DNA of 26,971 nt from Elusimicrobiota bacterium. Lineage in GTDB: Bacteria; Elusimicrobiota; Endomicrobiia; CG1-02-37-114; JAHJSO01. Where the stretch lies: assembly GCA_043826435.1 (NCBI GenBank), contig JBDRQF010000027.1, positions 1 through 26,971 of the forward strand, in the 5' to 3' direction. Shown piece by piece: positions 1 through 8,171 of the stretch (the stretch's first letter is position 1; every line of letters starts with the position of its first letter). Position numbers and translations under genes: made by a program. The notes beneath the pieces were generated by a model that did no database searches, was not told the origin of the DNA, and was given only the letters and a program-made list of their open reading frames with translations.

Positions 1-1
1 T

Positions 2-172
2 TCAGCAGAAATTTCCGGCAGTTCATACAGAATCAGGGACAATAGATGCTTCTATGAATATCCGTGGGATGTATCAAACGTCGCCAGCGGGGTGTATATA
101 TACTGCGTAGTCGCAGAGAAACAGGGATATAGCCCGATAAAGGTAATAAAAAAATTGGCAGTAATTCGCTAA
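2..172 (+). CDS. 3' fragment of a secreted protein with a T9SS type A sorting / FlgD-Ig-like C-terminal domain (5'-truncated by the window)
   Basis: Not in the ORF track. Frame 2 is open from base 2 to TAA 170-172 and reads SAEISGSSYRIRDNRCFYEYPWDVSNVASGVYIYCVVAEKQGYSPIKVIKKLAVIR*. The pattern 'WD..VASGVYIY...K..K.AVIR' is typical of CTD/FlgD-Ig tails. Confidence 0.75.
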   Translation, partial: SAEISGSSYRIRDNRCFYEYPWDVSNVASGVYIYCVVAEKQGYSPIKVIKKLAVIR

Positions 173-185
173 TATAAGGAGAATC

Positions 186-1133
186 GTGCTGAGAAAAATT
201 TTTGTATTTTTATCATCAATAATTTTATCCTGGTCAATTATATCAGCAAAGACCACAGGAGCATCATTCTTATCAATCGGTATAGGGGCAAGGGCTATTG
301 GCATGGGATCCGCCTTCACAGCAGTAGCAAATGATGTCACAGCAATACACTGGAACGTAGCAGGACTTTCACAACTCACCAGACGGGAAATCTCTGCGAT
401 GCATTCTGAGTGGGTAGTGAACACAAAGTTGGATTTTATTGGCTATGCCCAGCCCATAAAATCAGGGGTTCTGGGGGGAAGCATAGTTTATCTTTCACAG
501 AGTGAATTAGAAGGCAGAGATGAAAACCGTCAACAAACAGGAACATTTGGTGCAAGTGATTTAGCAGTAACACTAAGTTATAGCAGACGCCTGCCAGAAT
601 TGTCAAACACAATTTCAGCAGGACTGAATGTGAAATTCATCCAGCAGAACATAGAAGTCCACACTGCTCGGGGAGTGGCAATAGATGTGGGCACACTTTA
701 CCAGACACCGATAAACAATCTCAAAGCAGGGCTGTCAGTTCAGAACATAGGGGCACAGATGAAGTTCATCAGCCAGACATATAGCATGCCATTGACAATG
801 ACATTGGGAATTGGATACACAATGGGCGGAATAGTCATTGCATTGGACATAAAGCAGCAGGTATATGAAGGCAGGACAATAATTTCAGCAGGGACAGAGT
901 ACCGTGTAATGAACTCAATTGCCTTTCGGATGGGCTATGCTGGAAAGTTGACAGAGGGTGCACTTTCAAACAGGGATATAATTCAAGGAAGCAACGCAGA
1001 CATTGCAAACTTAACCGGGTTTGGAGCAGGAATTGGTCTGCGGCTCTTCACCAACCACCAGATGGACTACTCATTTGTGCCGTATGGTGTGCTGGGCGAT
1101 ACACATAGGATAAGTTTTTCAACGAGGTTTTAA
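186..1133 (+). CDS. PorV/PorQ-like (UPF0164) outer-membrane beta-barrel protein
   Basis: GTG start with AAGGAGA RBS at 176-182; signal peptide; family motif 'FLSIGIGARAIGMGSAFTAVANDVTAIHWNVAGL'; amphipathic beta strands; C-terminal 'HRISFSTRF' ending in Phe. Confidence 0.85.
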   Translation: MLRKIFVFLSSIILSWSIISAKTTGASFLSIGIGARAIGMGSAFTAVANDVTAIHWNVAGLSQLTRREISAMHSEWVVNTKLDFIGYAQPIKSGVLGGSIVYLSQSELEGRDENRQQTGTFGASDLAVTLSYSRRLPELSNTISAGLNVKFIQQNIEVHTARGVAIDVGTLYQTPINNLKAGLSVQNIGAQMKFISQTYSMPLTMTLGIGYTMGGIVIALDIKQQVYEGRTIISAGTEYRVMNSIAFRMGYAGKLTEGALSNRDIIQGSNADIANLTGFGAGIGLRLFTNHQMDYSFVPYGVLGDTHRISFSTRF

Positions 1134-1177
1134 CCAAAAATACTGCATATAACTAACATTAGACGAACAATCGGTGC

Positions 1178-1207
1178 TTAGCAAATGGAAAAGAATTTTA
1201 TTATAAT
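1178..1207 (+). promoter_or_regulatory. Candidate sigma70 promoter for the thiC...asd run
   Basis: TATAAT at 1202-1207 in an AT-rich intergenic stretch; only a weak -35 (TTAGCA 1178-1183, 18-nt spacer). Confidence 0.35.
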
Positions 1208-1319
1208 GCTAGTTGTATTAATAATATTTTTATTTGGATTTATAAAGTTTATTTTTTCTAAAGTAACACTAAATGCATATAGGAACACACCATAAGATTA
1301 ATGCACCCTTGAACAAAAA

Positions 1320-2615
1320 ATGACACAGATTGATAAAGCGCTGGAAGGCAAAATAACAAGGGAAATAAGGGACGTTGCGAAACAGGAAAAGGTCTCAGTC
1401 GGGTTTATTGTGCAGGGGTTGAAATCAGGCAGGATAATAATCCCCGTCAATAACAGCCGGCCGGCAAATACAGGGCTGAAGGTGTGCGGCATAGGCGAGG
1501 GGCTTCGCACAAAGGTCAATGCCAACATCGGGACGTCACCCGATTCCGTCTCAATTGAGAGAGAAATTGAAAAACTCCAGGCAGCGGTTGAAGCCGGCGC
1601 AGACACCGTAATGGACCTTTCAACGGGCGGCAACATAAGAAAGATAAGACAATTTATTATCAGAAATTCAAAAATTCCCGTCGGCACTGTCCCCATATAC
1701 CAGGTCGCCTGCGAAACCCTCAAGAAGGGAAAAAGTATTTCACAGATGGACCCCGGGCATTTTTTTTCTGTCATTGAAGAGCAGGCGGCGGACGGGGTTG
1801 ACTTTATTACCGTCCATTGCGGCGTAACGGTTAAGACGGTGCGTCTTCTTAAAAAAACCAGGCGGGTGTGCGGAGTCGTGAGCAGGGGAGGGGCGTTTCT
1901 GGTTGAGTGGATTTTGTCCAATAACAGGGAAAACCCGCTGTATGAACGTTTTGACATACTACTGGATATCGCCCGCAAGTATGATGTGGCGTTGAGTTTG
2001 GGCGACGGGTTGCGTCCGGGCGCCATAGCGGATGCCGATGATGCCGCGCAGTTAGGCGAACTCAGGGAGATGTCTGCTCTTGTCAGAAGGGCACGCAGGA
2101 GAAACGTCCAGGTTATGGTTGAAGGGCCCGGCCATATGCCGCTGGACAAAATAACCGGGCACGTCCGCCTGCAGAAAAAACTTACTGGCGGAGCGCCCTT
2201 TTATGTACTGGGCCCGCTTGTGTGCGACGTCGCTGCCGGTTATGACCACATAACGTCTGCAATCGGCGGGGCGGTCGCTGCGTCGGCAGGAGTGGATTTT
2301 TTGTGTTACGTTACGCCCGCAGAACACATTCACCTGCCTGATGCGGAAGACGTGCGTCTGGGAGTTATATCGTCAAGGATAGCCGCCCATTCCGGCGACA
2401 TTGCGAAAGGCGTCCGCGGGGCGAAGGAGTGGGACTTAAAATTCTCCGGGAGCCGCAAGGCGTTAAACTGGGAGATGCAGGGGAAACTCGCCCTTGACCC
2501 GGTAAAGTTCCGCCGGGAAAGAGAAAGGTTTAAACCGTCGGACAGGCAGGTGTGCACGATGTGCGGCAGTTTTTGCGCGATGAAGGAAATGAACAAGGTG
2601 CTCCGGAAAGTATGA
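1320..2615 (+). CDS. thiC: Phosphomethylpyrimidine synthase ThiC (short form)
   Basis: Motifs TKVNANIGTS, DTVMDLSTGG, GVVSRGGA, SLGDGLRPG, VMVEGPGHMP, AGYDHITSAIG, LCYVTPAEH; C-terminal Fe-S motif CTMCGSFC. Confidence 0.93.
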   Translation: MTQIDKALEGKITREIRDVAKQEKVSVGFIVQGLKSGRIIIPVNNSRPANTGLKVCGIGEGLRTKVNANIGTSPDSVSIEREIEKLQAAVEAGADTVMDLSTGGNIRKIRQFIIRNSKIPVGTVPIYQVACETLKKGKSISQMDPGHFFSVIEEQAADGVDFITVHCGVTVKTVRLLKKTRRVCGVVSRGGAFLVEWILSNNRENPLYERFDILLDIARKYDVALSLGDGLRPGAIADADDAAQLGELREMSALVRRARRRNVQVMVEGPGHMPLDKITGHVRLQKKLTGGAPFYVLGPLVCDVAAGYDHITSAIGGAVAASAGVDFLCYVTPAEHIHLPDAEDVRLGVISSRIAAHSGDIAKGVRGAKEWDLKFSGSRKALNWEMQGKLALDPVKFRRERERFKPSDRQVCTMCGSFCAMKEMNKVLRKV

Positions 2616-3541
2616 AAGTAAAGATAAGAGTCCCGGCTACCACTGCAAACCTCGGACCGGGTTTTGACGTTTTCGGCGCTGCAATCAAACTTTATAACGA
2701 CATAACCTTTGAGACGGTTGATTATCCAGTTTTCAGTGTGGACGTATCGGGCGAGGGGGCGGGTGTCCTCCCGGAAGACAAAAGTAACATCGTTTTCCCT
2801 GCGATAAACGGTTTTATAAAAGAGTTTGCTCCTGCGTCATTTAAAAGGACTTCCGGTTTTAAAATAAGGATGAAGAACAACGTCCCCATAACGAGGGGAC
2901 TCGGCTCGTCTGCGTCGGTTAGGGTTGCAGCGGTCGTTGCGGTAAATAAGATATTGGGGGATGTCGTCCCGCAGGACGACCTATTGAAGTTTTTAACAAA
3001 ATTGGAAGGCCACCCGGATAACGTAGTCCCTGCGTTGGTCGGAGGGTTCTGCGTAATTGCAGTGTCAGGCGGAAAAATAAATTACATAAAGCACAAAGTC
3101 CCCGCGGACATAAGGGCGGTCGTCTGCATCCCTGAATTTGAAATATCAACCAAAAAGGCAAGGAGCATATTGCCGAGGAGTGTGCCGTTTTTTGATGCGG
3201 TGAGCAACTGTTCAAGGGCGGGAATTTTTGTGTCAGCCCTGTTAAGCCGCAGGTATGAGTTTCTCTCTTTTGCAATGCAGGACAAACTCCACCAGCCCTA
3301 CAGAGCAAAACTTGTCCCGGGCATGGAGAATGTTTTTGCGGCGGCAATGAAATCGGGGGCGCTGGGCGCAGCCCTGAGCGGTTCCGGGCCTGCTATACTG
3401 GCGGTGTCGGGCAGGGACGGTAGGAAGAATAACAGGATCGGTTCTGCAATGCAGTCCGCTTTCAGGAAGAGGTCAATAAACAGCAGGTACATCGTCGTTG
3501 ATTTTGATAATAGAGGGGTGCGGTGTGAAGCGCAGGAATAA
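2612..3541 (+). CDS. thrB: Homoserine kinase
   Basis: VPATTANLGPGFD, GHMP motif PITRGLGSSA, LEGHPDNV, LHQPYR, SGSGP. Start moved to ATG 2612, which forms an ATGA overlap with the thiC stop. Confidence 0.95.
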   Translation: MKVKIRVPATTANLGPGFDVFGAAIKLYNDITFETVDYPVFSVDVSGEGAGVLPEDKSNIVFPAINGFIKEFAPASFKRTSGFKIRMKNNVPITRGLGSSASVRVAAVVAVNKILGDVVPQDDLLKFLTKLEGHPDNVVPALVGGFCVIAVSGGKINYIKHKVPADIRAVVCIPEFEISTKKARSILPRSVPFFDAVSNCSRAGIFVSALLSRRYEFLSFAMQDKLHQPYRAKLVPGMENVFAAAMKSGALGAALSGSGPAILAVSGRDGRKNNRIGSAMQSAFRKRSINSRYIVVDFDNRGVRCEAQE

Positions 3542-4763
3542 ACCGTTGGTCATTATGAAGTTCGGCGGTTCAAGCATGGCGGACGTTGACAGGATAAAAA
3601 GGGTCGCCGGGCTCGTTATTGACAGGAAGAAAAAAGGGAATAACGTCGTGGTTGTCGTTTCAGCCCCCGGTGACACTACCGACGAACTTATTGAGAGGGC
3701 GCACAGTATAACCCGCATGCCCGATGAAAGAGAAATGGACGTTTTGCTTTCAACCGGGGAACAGGTATCAATAGCGCTGCTTGCGATTGCGATAAAATCA
3801 AGGAAGTACCTTGCGGTTTCCCTTACCGGCCCGCAGGCGGGGATTTATTCCGACGGGTCGCACACAAGGGCAAGGGTAACGGCAGTCAGGCCGCATAAAA
3901 TAATGTCCGCGCTCAGGCAGGGCAATATCGTAATAGTCGCCGGTTTCCAGGGGATAAATCCAAAGAAAGACATTACCACCCTCGGGAGGGGCGGCTCCGA
4001 TTTGACCGCCGTGGCGCTTGCGACTGCGTTAAGGTCAGGTCTGTGCGAGATATATACCGACGTTGACGGCGTTTATACGGCTGACCCGCGTATATGCCCG
4101 GACGCAAGAAGGATTGATAAAATATCATACAATGAAATGCTTGAATTTGCCGGTTCCGGGACGCAGGTTATGCAGTCGAGGGCCATTGAGGTTGCAAAAA
4201 AATTCAACGTAGTTATAGAAGTAAAATCCAGTTTTAACAACAGGCCGGGGACAATAATCTGCGGGGAGGTTAAACCAATGGAAGACGTGCTGGTGACAGG
4301 TGTCAGTTACGATAAAAACCAGGCGAAACTCTCAATACAGGACTTGCCCGATGTGCCGGGGATCGCAGCGCTGGTTTTTGGGAAATTGGCAGAGTCCAAT
4401 TTGAATGTGGACATGATTGTGCAGTCCTCTGCGAGGGACGGCTATAATGACATATCTTTTACGGTCAGCAAATCCGACCTCAGGAGGGCGCTGCCTATAC
4501 TGAAAAAGTTATGCAAAAAACTCAAGGCGGAGGGCGTAATTTACGACGACGGCGTTTCAAAGGTTTCAATAGTTGGCGTCGGGATGAAGAGCCATCCGGG
4601 GGTCGCCGGAAAAATGTTTAACCTGTTTGCCGAGAACAAAATAAACATAGAGATGATTTCAACGTCTGAAATAAAAATATCCTGTATAGTCAAGCAGAAG
4701 TATGCCGCAAAGGCGGTGAAGGTGCTTCACGACGGTTTTAACCTGGGCAGGAAAACCGGGTAG
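3525..4763 (+). CDS. lysC: Aspartate kinase with two ACT domains
   Basis: KFGGSS, TLGRGGSD, YTDVDGVYTADP, C-terminal STSEIKIS. Probable GTG start at 3525 after AGAGGGG; the ORF track starts at 3498. Confidence 0.95.
   Translation: MKRRNKPLVIMKFGGSSMADVDRIKRVAGLVIDRKKKGNNVVVVVSAPGDTTDELIERAHSITRMPDEREMDVLLSTGEQVSIALLAIAIKSRKYLAVSLTGPQAGIYSDGSHTRARVTAVRPHKIMSALRQGNIVIVAGFQGINPKKDITTLGRGGSDLTAVALATALRSGLCEIYTDVDGVYTADPRICPDARRIDKISYNEMLEFAGSGTQVMQSRAIEVAKKFNVVIEVKSSFNNRPGTIICGEVKPMEDVLVTGVSYDKNQAKLSIQDLPDVPGIAALVFGKLAESNLNVDMIVQSSARDGYNDISFTVSKSDLRRALPILKKLCKKLKAEGVIYDDGVSKVSIVGVGMKSHPGVAGKMFNLFAENKINIEMISTSEIKISCIVKQKYAAKAVKVLHDGFNLGRKTG
4278..4763 (+). CDS. Putative in-frame nested aspartate kinase beta (regulatory) subunit
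   Basis: GGGGAGGT at 4263-4270, 7 nt before an in-frame ATG at 4278 (MEDVLVTGV), exactly at the start of the ACT region. Confidence 0.7.
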   Translation: MEDVLVTGVSYDKNQAKLSIQDLPDVPGIAALVFGKLAESNLNVDMIVQSSARDGYNDISFTVSKSDLRRALPILKKLCKKLKAEGVIYDDGVSKVSIVGVGMKSHPGVAGKMFNLFAENKINIEMISTSEIKISCIVKQKYAAKAVKVLHDGFNLGRKTG

Positions 4764-4801
4764 AGACGTTAAAGCCCGGAAAGGGATGTAACAGCAGGGG
4801 G

Positions 4802-6406
4802 GTGCGGAATATGGTTAAAATTTATGATACTACTTTAAGGGACGGTTCCCAGTCATACGGGGTGTCTTTTTCCCTGGAAGATAAAATAAAAATCGCCAGG
4901 GCGCTGGACGATTTCGGCATCCATTTTATAGAGGGCGGGTGGCCCGGTTCAAACCCGAAAGACGAAATATTTTTTAACCATGCCCGTAAGAATATGCGAT
5001 TGAAGAACGCTGAAATCGTGGCTTTCGGCTCCACCCGTTATAAGGGGAACGCCGCCCGGAACGACCCGAACCTGCAATCAATTGTCAGGGCGAAAACAAA
5101 AACGGCCTGCATATTCGGTAAAACATGGGACCTGCACGTGGTCCACGCCCTGAGGACGTCGCTTGAAGAAAACCTGAAGATGATTGAGGACAGTATAAGA
5201 TATTTAAGGCAGAAGGGTCTCAGGGTCATATACGACGCCGAGCATTTTTTTGACGGTTTCAGGGCGAACAGGGAGTATGCATTAAAGACGCTGGAGGCGG
5301 CTTCAGGGGCAGGAGCTTTCAATATCACCCTGTGCGACACTAACGGCGGGACCCTCCCCGACGAACTGAGGGAAATAATCAGGACCGTTAAGAAATATGC
5401 GAAGACGCCGCTGGGCATCCACGCCCACAATGATTCGGAATGCGCCGTTGCGAATTCCCTCGTAGGTGTGGCAGAGGGGGCTGTCCTTGTTCAGGGCACC
5501 ATAAACGGCATCGGCGAGAGGTGCGGCAATGCGAACCTGTGTTCAATAATACCCAACCTGTCCATCAAGTCGGGTATTGACACTATCCCGCAGGACAAAC
5601 TTAAGACGCTTACGGAACTATCAAGGTATTTTAGCGAGATTGCAAACATCTCGCCGGACGATAAACAGCCGTACGTGGGTTCGTCTGCGTTCGCCCACAA
5701 GGGCGGGGTGCACGTTTCTGCAATGGCAAGGCATACCGGCACCTACGAACACATAAGCCCATCTATTGTGGGCAACGAAAGGCGCATACTCGTCTCCGAA
5801 CTTTCGGGCAAGTCAAATATTCTGATGAAGGCGAAAGAGTTAATGATTGATTTTGAGAAGGATAAGGACGCCACGGAAAAGATTATATCAGCCATAAAGA
5901 AACTTGAACACCAGGGCTACCAGTTTGAGGACGCAGACGCTTCATTCGCGTTGAGCGCCCACAGGGCGATAGGGCGCTACAAGCCCTTTTTTGAACTGAA
6001 GGGTTTCAGGGTGATTGTTGAGAAAGACGCAAAGACGGGCAGGATGCACTCCGAGGCGACAATAAAGGTTGCCGTGGAGGACGTTGAGGAACACACTGCT
6101 TCCGACGGTGACGGTCCTGTAAATGCCCTTGACAATGCCCTGAGGAAAGCCCTTGAAAAATTCTATCCTGAAATCAGGGAGATGTCTCTTATGGATTTCA
6201 AGGTCAGGGTGATAAATGCGAATGCCGGCACCGGTGCGAAGGTAAGGGTGCTGATAGAATCACGCGACAGGAAGGACTCCTGGGGCACGATAGGTGTTTC
6301 CGAGAATATAATAGAGGCGTCATGGCAGGCGATGGTTGATGCCGTTGAATTTAAACTGTTCAGAGAAAGGGCAAAAAACAAAAAACCCCGCGGTCGCAAA
6401 AATTAA
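4802..6406 (+). CDS. cimA: (R)-citramalate synthase
   Basis: [71 protein letters not shown]: the bacterial CimA signature. Start is GTG 4802 or ATG 4811. Confidence 0.9.
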   Translation: MRNMVKIYDTTLRDGSQSYGVSFSLEDKIKIARALDDFGIHFIEGGWPGSNPKDEIFFNHARKNMRLKNAEIVAFGSTRYKGNAARNDPNLQSIVRAKTKTACIFGKTWDLHVVHALRTSLEENLKMIEDSIRYLRQKGLRVIYDAEHFFDGFRANREYALKTLEAASGAGAFNITLCDTNGGTLPDELREIIRTVKKYAKTPLGIHAHNDSECAVANSLVGVAEGAVLVQGTINGIGERCGNANLCSIIPNLSIKSGIDTIPQDKLKTLTELSRYFSEIANISPDDKQPYVGSSAFAHKGGVHVSAMARHTGTYEHISPSIVGNERRILVSELSGKSNILMKAKELMIDFEKDKDATEKIISAIKKLEHQGYQFEDADASFALSAHRAIGRYKPFFELKGFRVIVEKDAKTGRMHSEATIKVAVEDVEEHTASDGDGPVNALDNALRKALEKFYPEIREMSLMDFKVRVINANAGTGAKVRVLIESRDRKDSWGTIGVSENIIEASWQAMVDAVEFKLFRERAKNKKPRGRKN

Positions 6407-6459
6407 TAAATGCGGGTCCATGCGGGCGGAAAGTCACGGGTGGATACCGGGAGGATGAT

Positions 6460-8109
6460 ATGCGCAGCAATGAAATTAAAAAGGGTTACACGAGGGCGCC
6501 GCACAGAGCTCTCCTTTATGCAACGGGTCTTACGAAGAAGTGTTTTGATAAACCCTTTGTGGGTATCGCTTCTTCTTATAGCGACCTTGTCCCGGGCCAT
6601 GTCGGGATGAGGGAATCAGAGAGGTGGATTGAGAGGGGCGTAGTTGCAGGCGGCGGCGTACCTTTTATATTTGGTGTCCCCGCCATATGCGACGGCATTG
6701 CAATGGGACACGCAGGTATGCACTATTCCCTGCCGTCAAGGGAAATAATCGCCGATTCAATTGAATCCGTTGCAAAGGCGCATTGCCTGGATGCCCTTGT
6801 GCTCCTGACCAACTGCGATAAGATTACACCGGGGATGATTATGGCTGCCGTCCGTCTCAATATTCCTTCAATAGTAGTCACCGCGGGCCCGATGCTCACG
6901 GGGTTTTACAGGGGCAGGAGGAGGTCGCTTGTCAGGGATACGTTTGAAGCGGTCGGGCAGGTCCAATCAAAAAAGATTACGGAGCAGGAACTTGAGAAAC
7001 TTGAAAACGCTTCCTGCCCGGGGGCCGGCTCCTGCCAGGGTTTATATACGGCGAACACAATGGCATGTCTTACTGAAACAATGGGCTTGTCTCTGCCCGG
7101 ATGCGCCACAGCGCCGGCTGTCTCCGCCGATAAAAAAAGGATTTGCTATGAGTCGGGGTTTGCAATAATAGACACCCTGAAGAAGAACCTGGTCCCGAGG
7201 AGGGTGGTTACGGGCAATTCCCTGTACAATGCAATCGTGGTTGATATGGCGCTCGGCGGTTCAACCAATACAGTCCTTCACCTGTGCGCCATAGCCCACG
7301 AGGCGGGCATTGAACTGCCTCTTACCCTTTTTGACAAAATATCAAGGACTACGCCGCAGATCGTTTCTCTTGAGCCGGCAGGGGATTATTATATGGAAGA
7401 TCTGGACAGGGCGGGCGGTATACCGGCTATCCTGTCGGCGGTCAGCGGAATGCTTAAACCGTCAATTAATGTAATAGAAAAGAACATACTGGACGTTGCG
7501 AAATCATCCGAGATTCTGGACAGGGAAGTGATAAGGATAAAGAAGCCGTACCATAATGAAGGAGGCATTGCAATCGTTTATGGCAATATATGCAAGAGGG
7601 GTGCGGTTGTAAAACAGTCAGCCATAAAACCGAAAATGCTGAAGTTTGATGGCAGTGCGCGGGTGTTTGATTCGGAAGAAAAGGCGATGGAAGCGATAAT
7701 GACCGGAAAGATTAAGCCGGGCGATGTGGTCGTAATAAGATATGAGGGGCCCAGGGGAGGCCCCGGTATGAGGGAAATGCTCGGCCCGACGAGCGCCCTG
7801 CAGGGCATGGGGCTTGCCGACTCGGTGGCGCTGCTTACCGACGGAAGGTTTTCAGGCGGGACAAGGGGCCCGTGCATAGGGCATATAAGTCCTGAGGCGG
7901 CCGAAGGCGGGGAAATAGCGGTGCTTGAAAACGGCGACAGGATTACTATTGACATACCCAGGAGAGAATTAAAGGCGCGGATTACCGATACGGAACTTAA
8001 AGCCCGCCTGGCGAAATGGCACGAGCCGGTGCCGAAATACAGGGTGGGCTACCTCGCCAGATATGCCAGGATGGTAAGTTCCGCTGCCGATGGGGCTATT
8101 TTGAAATAA
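6460..8109 (+). CDS. ilvD: Dihydroxy-acid dehydratase
   Basis: [70 protein letters not shown]. Confidence 0.96.
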   Translation: MRSNEIKKGYTRAPHRALLYATGLTKKCFDKPFVGIASSYSDLVPGHVGMRESERWIERGVVAGGGVPFIFGVPAICDGIAMGHAGMHYSLPSREIIADSIESVAKAHCLDALVLLTNCDKITPGMIMAAVRLNIPSIVVTAGPMLTGFYRGRRRSLVRDTFEAVGQVQSKKITEQELEKLENASCPGAGSCQGLYTANTMACLTETMGLSLPGCATAPAVSADKKRICYESGFAIIDTLKKNLVPRRVVTGNSLYNAIVVDMALGGSTNTVLHLCAIAHEAGIELPLTLFDKISRTTPQIVSLEPAGDYYMEDLDRAGGIPAILSAVSGMLKPSINVIEKNILDVAKSSEILDREVIRIKKPYHNEGGIAIVYGNICKRGAVVKQSAIKPKMLKFDGSARVFDSEEKAMEAIMTGKIKPGDVVVIRYEGPRGGPGMREMLGPTSALQGMGLADSVALLTDGRFSGGTRGPCIGHISPEAAEGGEIAVLENGDRITIDIPRRELKARITDTELKARLAKWHEPVPKYRVGYLARYARMVSSAADGAILK

Positions 8110-8131
8110 AGAAGATTACAAATAAATATGA

Positions 8132-8157
8132 ACGGGCTTAAGTCCGTAAAAGCCCGT
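8132..8157 (+). other. Intergenic hairpin between ilvD and ilvB
   Basis: Perfect 8-bp inverted repeat ACGGGCTT (8132-8139) / AAGCCCGT (8150-8157), followed by G8 (8158-8165); no U-tract. Confidence 0.5.
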
Positions 8158-8171
8158 GGGGGGGGAACAAA

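Noticed and set aside
1134..1319. TPP riboswitch upstream of thiC
   Set aside because: The region is very AT-rich and lacks the conserved CTGAGA core and the pairing expected of the aptamer.
1298..2149. 283-aa minus-strand ORF and the many other antisense ORFs in the track
   Set aside because: They are shadows of well-supported + strand genes and show no recognisable motifs.
2552..2611. N-terminal extensions of ThrB, IlvC, Psd and Asd in the ORF track
   Set aside because: They overlap the upstream genes; downstream ATGs fit the family N-termini and the RBS or coupling signals.
6410..6610. Alternate-frame + strand ORFs (also 6929, 8375, 11558, 15453, 20223)
   Set aside because: They overlap conserved genes out of frame and show no protein features.
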